Source: Escherichia coli (GTDB lineage: Bacteria > Pseudomonadota > Gammaproteobacteria > Enterobacterales > Enterobacteriaceae). Taken from it: a stretch of 287 nt of DNA. Position 1 is the first letter of the stretch, and each line of letters starts with the position of its first letter. The DNA lies in NCBI RefSeq assembly GCF_003334305.1, contig NZ_QOWS01000087.1, one strand, 5' to 3'. The translations under genes and the position numbers were made by a program. Under the pieces are notes generated by a model. The model ran no database searches, was not told the DNA's origin, and saw only the letters and a list, made by a program, of their open reading frames with translations. Shown here in pieces: positions 1 to 287 of the stretch.

Positions 1-1
1 G

Positions 2-77
2 TGGTGGGTGATGACGGGATCGAACCGCCGACCCCCTCCTTGTAAGGGAGGTGCTCTCCCAGCTGAGCTAATCACCC
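2..77 (-). tRNA. valT: tRNA-Val, anticodon UAC, complete 76 nt with genomically encoded CCA
   Basis: Reverse complement of 2-77 reads GGGTGATTAGCTCAGCTGGGAGAGCACCTCCCTTACAAGGAGGGGGTCGGCGGTTCGATCCCGTCATCACCCACCA. It folds as a canonical cloverleaf: acceptor GGGTGAT/ATCACCC, D-stem GCTC/GAGC, anticodon stem CCTCC/GGAGG with loop CTTACAA, T-arm GGCGG-TTCGATC-CCGTC, discriminator A, CCA. The anticodon TAC is at window 42-44 (reverse complement). The sequence matches enterobacterial tRNA-Val(UAC) from memory. The paralog name is tentative because several identical copies exist (valT/U/X/Y/Z); valT is chosen only because the upstream gene is tRNA-Lys with a 135-nt spacer. Confidence 0.95.
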
Positions 78-98
78 AATACTACGCTGGATACTACA

Positions 99-113
99 AC
101 TAACTATGTTAGT
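99..113. other. Perfect inverted repeat giving a 6-bp stem with a 3-nt loop (actaac-tat-gttagt), abutting the orphan tRNA-Lys 3' fragment
   Basis: Positions 99-104 are the exact reverse complement of 108-113, with loop 105-107. Its last base (113) is the terminal A of the CCA copy. On the minus-strand RNA the hairpin begins exactly at the end of the tRNA-Lys 3' fragment. The stem is AT-rich, so stability is modest. Confidence 0.35.
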
Positions 114-130
114 GGTGGGTCGTGCAGGAT
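113..130 (-). repeat. Orphan 18-nt copy of the tRNA-Lys 3' terminus (minus-strand ATCCTGCACGACCCACCA), an exact direct repeat of 213-230
   Basis: Plus-strand 113-130 (tggtgggtcgtgcaggat) is identical to 213-230 over 18 nt. It corresponds to tRNA-Lys positions 59-76: the last two T-loop bases, T-stem 3' strand, acceptor 3' strand, discriminator and CCA. Identity stops sharply at both edges (131 g vs 231 t; 112 g vs 212 t). The upstream flank (131-146) retains only faint similarity to the T-arm (TCGA...ATCC with a 3-nt insertion), so this is a fragment, not a pseudogene. Confidence 0.85.
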
Positions 131-146
131 GACTCGACTTCGTCTC

Positions 147-157
147 GCCCTTCGGGC
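147..157. other. Short GC-rich hairpin, 4-bp stem with 3-nt loop (gccc-ttc-gggc), directly adjacent to the 158-173 hairpin
   Basis: Positions 147-150 (gccc) pair with 154-157 (gggc). The minus-strand RNA reads GCCC-GAA-GGGC. It is contiguous with the 158-173 stem, so the two could stack coaxially. The stem is short and the loop tight, so stability is uncertain. Confidence 0.25.
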
Positions 158-173
158 CGTTGCTGATGCAACG
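158..173. other. Perfect inverted repeat giving a 6-bp stem with a 4-nt loop (cgttgc-tgat-gcaacg)
   Basis: Positions 158-163 are the exact reverse complement of 168-173, with loop 164-167. On the transcribed minus strand the RNA reads CGUUGC-AUCA-GCAACG. No U-tract follows on the minus strand, so it is not an intrinsic terminator for the tRNA transcript. Confidence 0.4.
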
Positions 174-212
174 TTATCCTTCACGTTTTACTACCGCTTC
201 CACCTTAGCGAT

Positions 213-287
213 TGGTGGGTCGTGCAGGATTCGAACCTGCGACCAATTGATTAAAAGTCAACTGCTCTACCAACTGAGCTAACGACC
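213..287 (-). tRNA. lysT: tRNA-Lys, anticodon UUU, 75 of 76 nt in window (5' nucleotide at 288 is outside), with encoded CCA
   Basis: Reverse complement of 213-287 reads GGTCGTTAGCTCAGTTGGTAGAGCAGTTGACTTTTAATCAATTGGTCGCAGGTTCGAATCCTGCACGACCCACCA. This is a canonical cloverleaf lacking only the first G: D-stem GCTC/GAGC, anticodon stem GTTGA/TCAAT with loop CTTTTAA, T-arm GCAGG-TTCGAAT-CCTGC, acceptor 3' strand ACGACCC, discriminator A, CCA. The anticodon TTT is at window 253-255 (reverse complement). The sequence matches enterobacterial tRNA-Lys(UUU) from memory. The paralog name is tentative because there are several identical lys copies. Confidence 0.93.

Larger units (their letters stand above)
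78..212 (-). other. 135-nt internal transcribed spacer between tRNA-Lys and tRNA-Val, presumably part of a polycistronic tRNA precursor
   Basis: Both flanking tRNAs are on the same strand, and the interval has no promoter-quality motifs and no credible ORF. The Lys-to-Val order with an intergenic spacer of this size is typical of the enterobacterial lysT-type operon. Co-transcription is inferred, not observed. Confidence 0.8.

Noticed and set aside
79-97. 7-bp direct repeat atactac at 79-85 and 91-97, just upstream of the tRNA-Val 5' end on the minus strand
   Set aside because: It is short, AT-rich and could easily arise by chance. No known motif is recognisable and it may simply be part of the 5' leader.
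11-103. Plus-strand ORF of 30 codons (atg at 11 to taa at 101-103)
   Set aside because: It is antisense to almost the whole tRNA-Val gene, has no ribosome-binding site, and is too short. It is an artefact of the tRNA complement.
147-173. The adjacent hairpins as an intrinsic terminator
   Set aside because: No U-tract follows them on the transcribed minus strand, and a complete tRNA-Val gene lies downstream, which argues for read-through. On the plus strand the 158-173 stem is followed by a weakly T-rich run (ttatcctt), but nothing suggests plus-strand transcription here.
131-212. The spacer upstream of the orphan fragment as a degenerate full-length tRNA-Lys pseudogene
   Set aside because: Apart from a GGTAG pentamer at the wrong distance and a faint TCGA...ATCC resemblance next to the fragment, nothing aligns with the D-arm, anticodon arm or acceptor 5' strand. 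Only the 3'-terminal 18 nt are tRNA-derived.
2-220. Three copies of the 8-mer tggtgggt (2-9, 113-120, 213-220) at roughly 100-nt spacing, superficially resembling a short repeat array
   Set aside because: They are fully explained by the shared ACCCACCA 3' end of tRNA-Val and tRNA-Lys plus the orphan Lys fragment. The units between them are unrelated and unequal in length, so this is not a CRISPR or tandem-repeat array.
113-230. The 18-bp direct repeats read as attL/attR of an integrated mobile element
   Set aside because: Only 82 bp separate the copies and that sequence has no coding capacity, so no element is present. At most this is a scar, and the window cannot distinguish that from ordinary operon-internal duplication. 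It is kept as a low-probability alternative in the findings.
129-254. Plus-strand ORF of 41 codons (atg at 129 to taa at 252-254)
   Set aside because: It lies entirely antisense to the spacer and the tRNA-Lys gene. The only Shine-Dalgarno-like AGGA directly abuts the ATG with no spacing. The codon content simply reflects the complement of tRNA sequence. This is a chance open frame, not a gene.

Overview
This window is almost entirely explained by two tRNA genes on the minus strand, and I see no novel biological system in it. A complete tRNA-Val(UAC) lies at 2-77 and a tRNA-Lys(UUU) at 213-287, the latter missing only its 5' nucleotide, which falls at 288 outside the window. Both encode their 3' CCA. 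Between them is a 135-nt spacer (78-212), transcribed Lys to Val on the minus strand. The Lys-then-Val order and spacer length fit the enterobacterial multi-copy tRNA-Lys/tRNA-Val operon (lysT-valT type), but I cannot verify which paralog pair this is. The one feature worth a second look is an orphan, exact 18-nt copy of the tRNA-Lys 3' terminus at 113-130, 100 bp from the real gene's 3' end. It sits among three short perfect hairpins in the spacer. No credible protein-coding gene, CRISPR array or mobile element is present.
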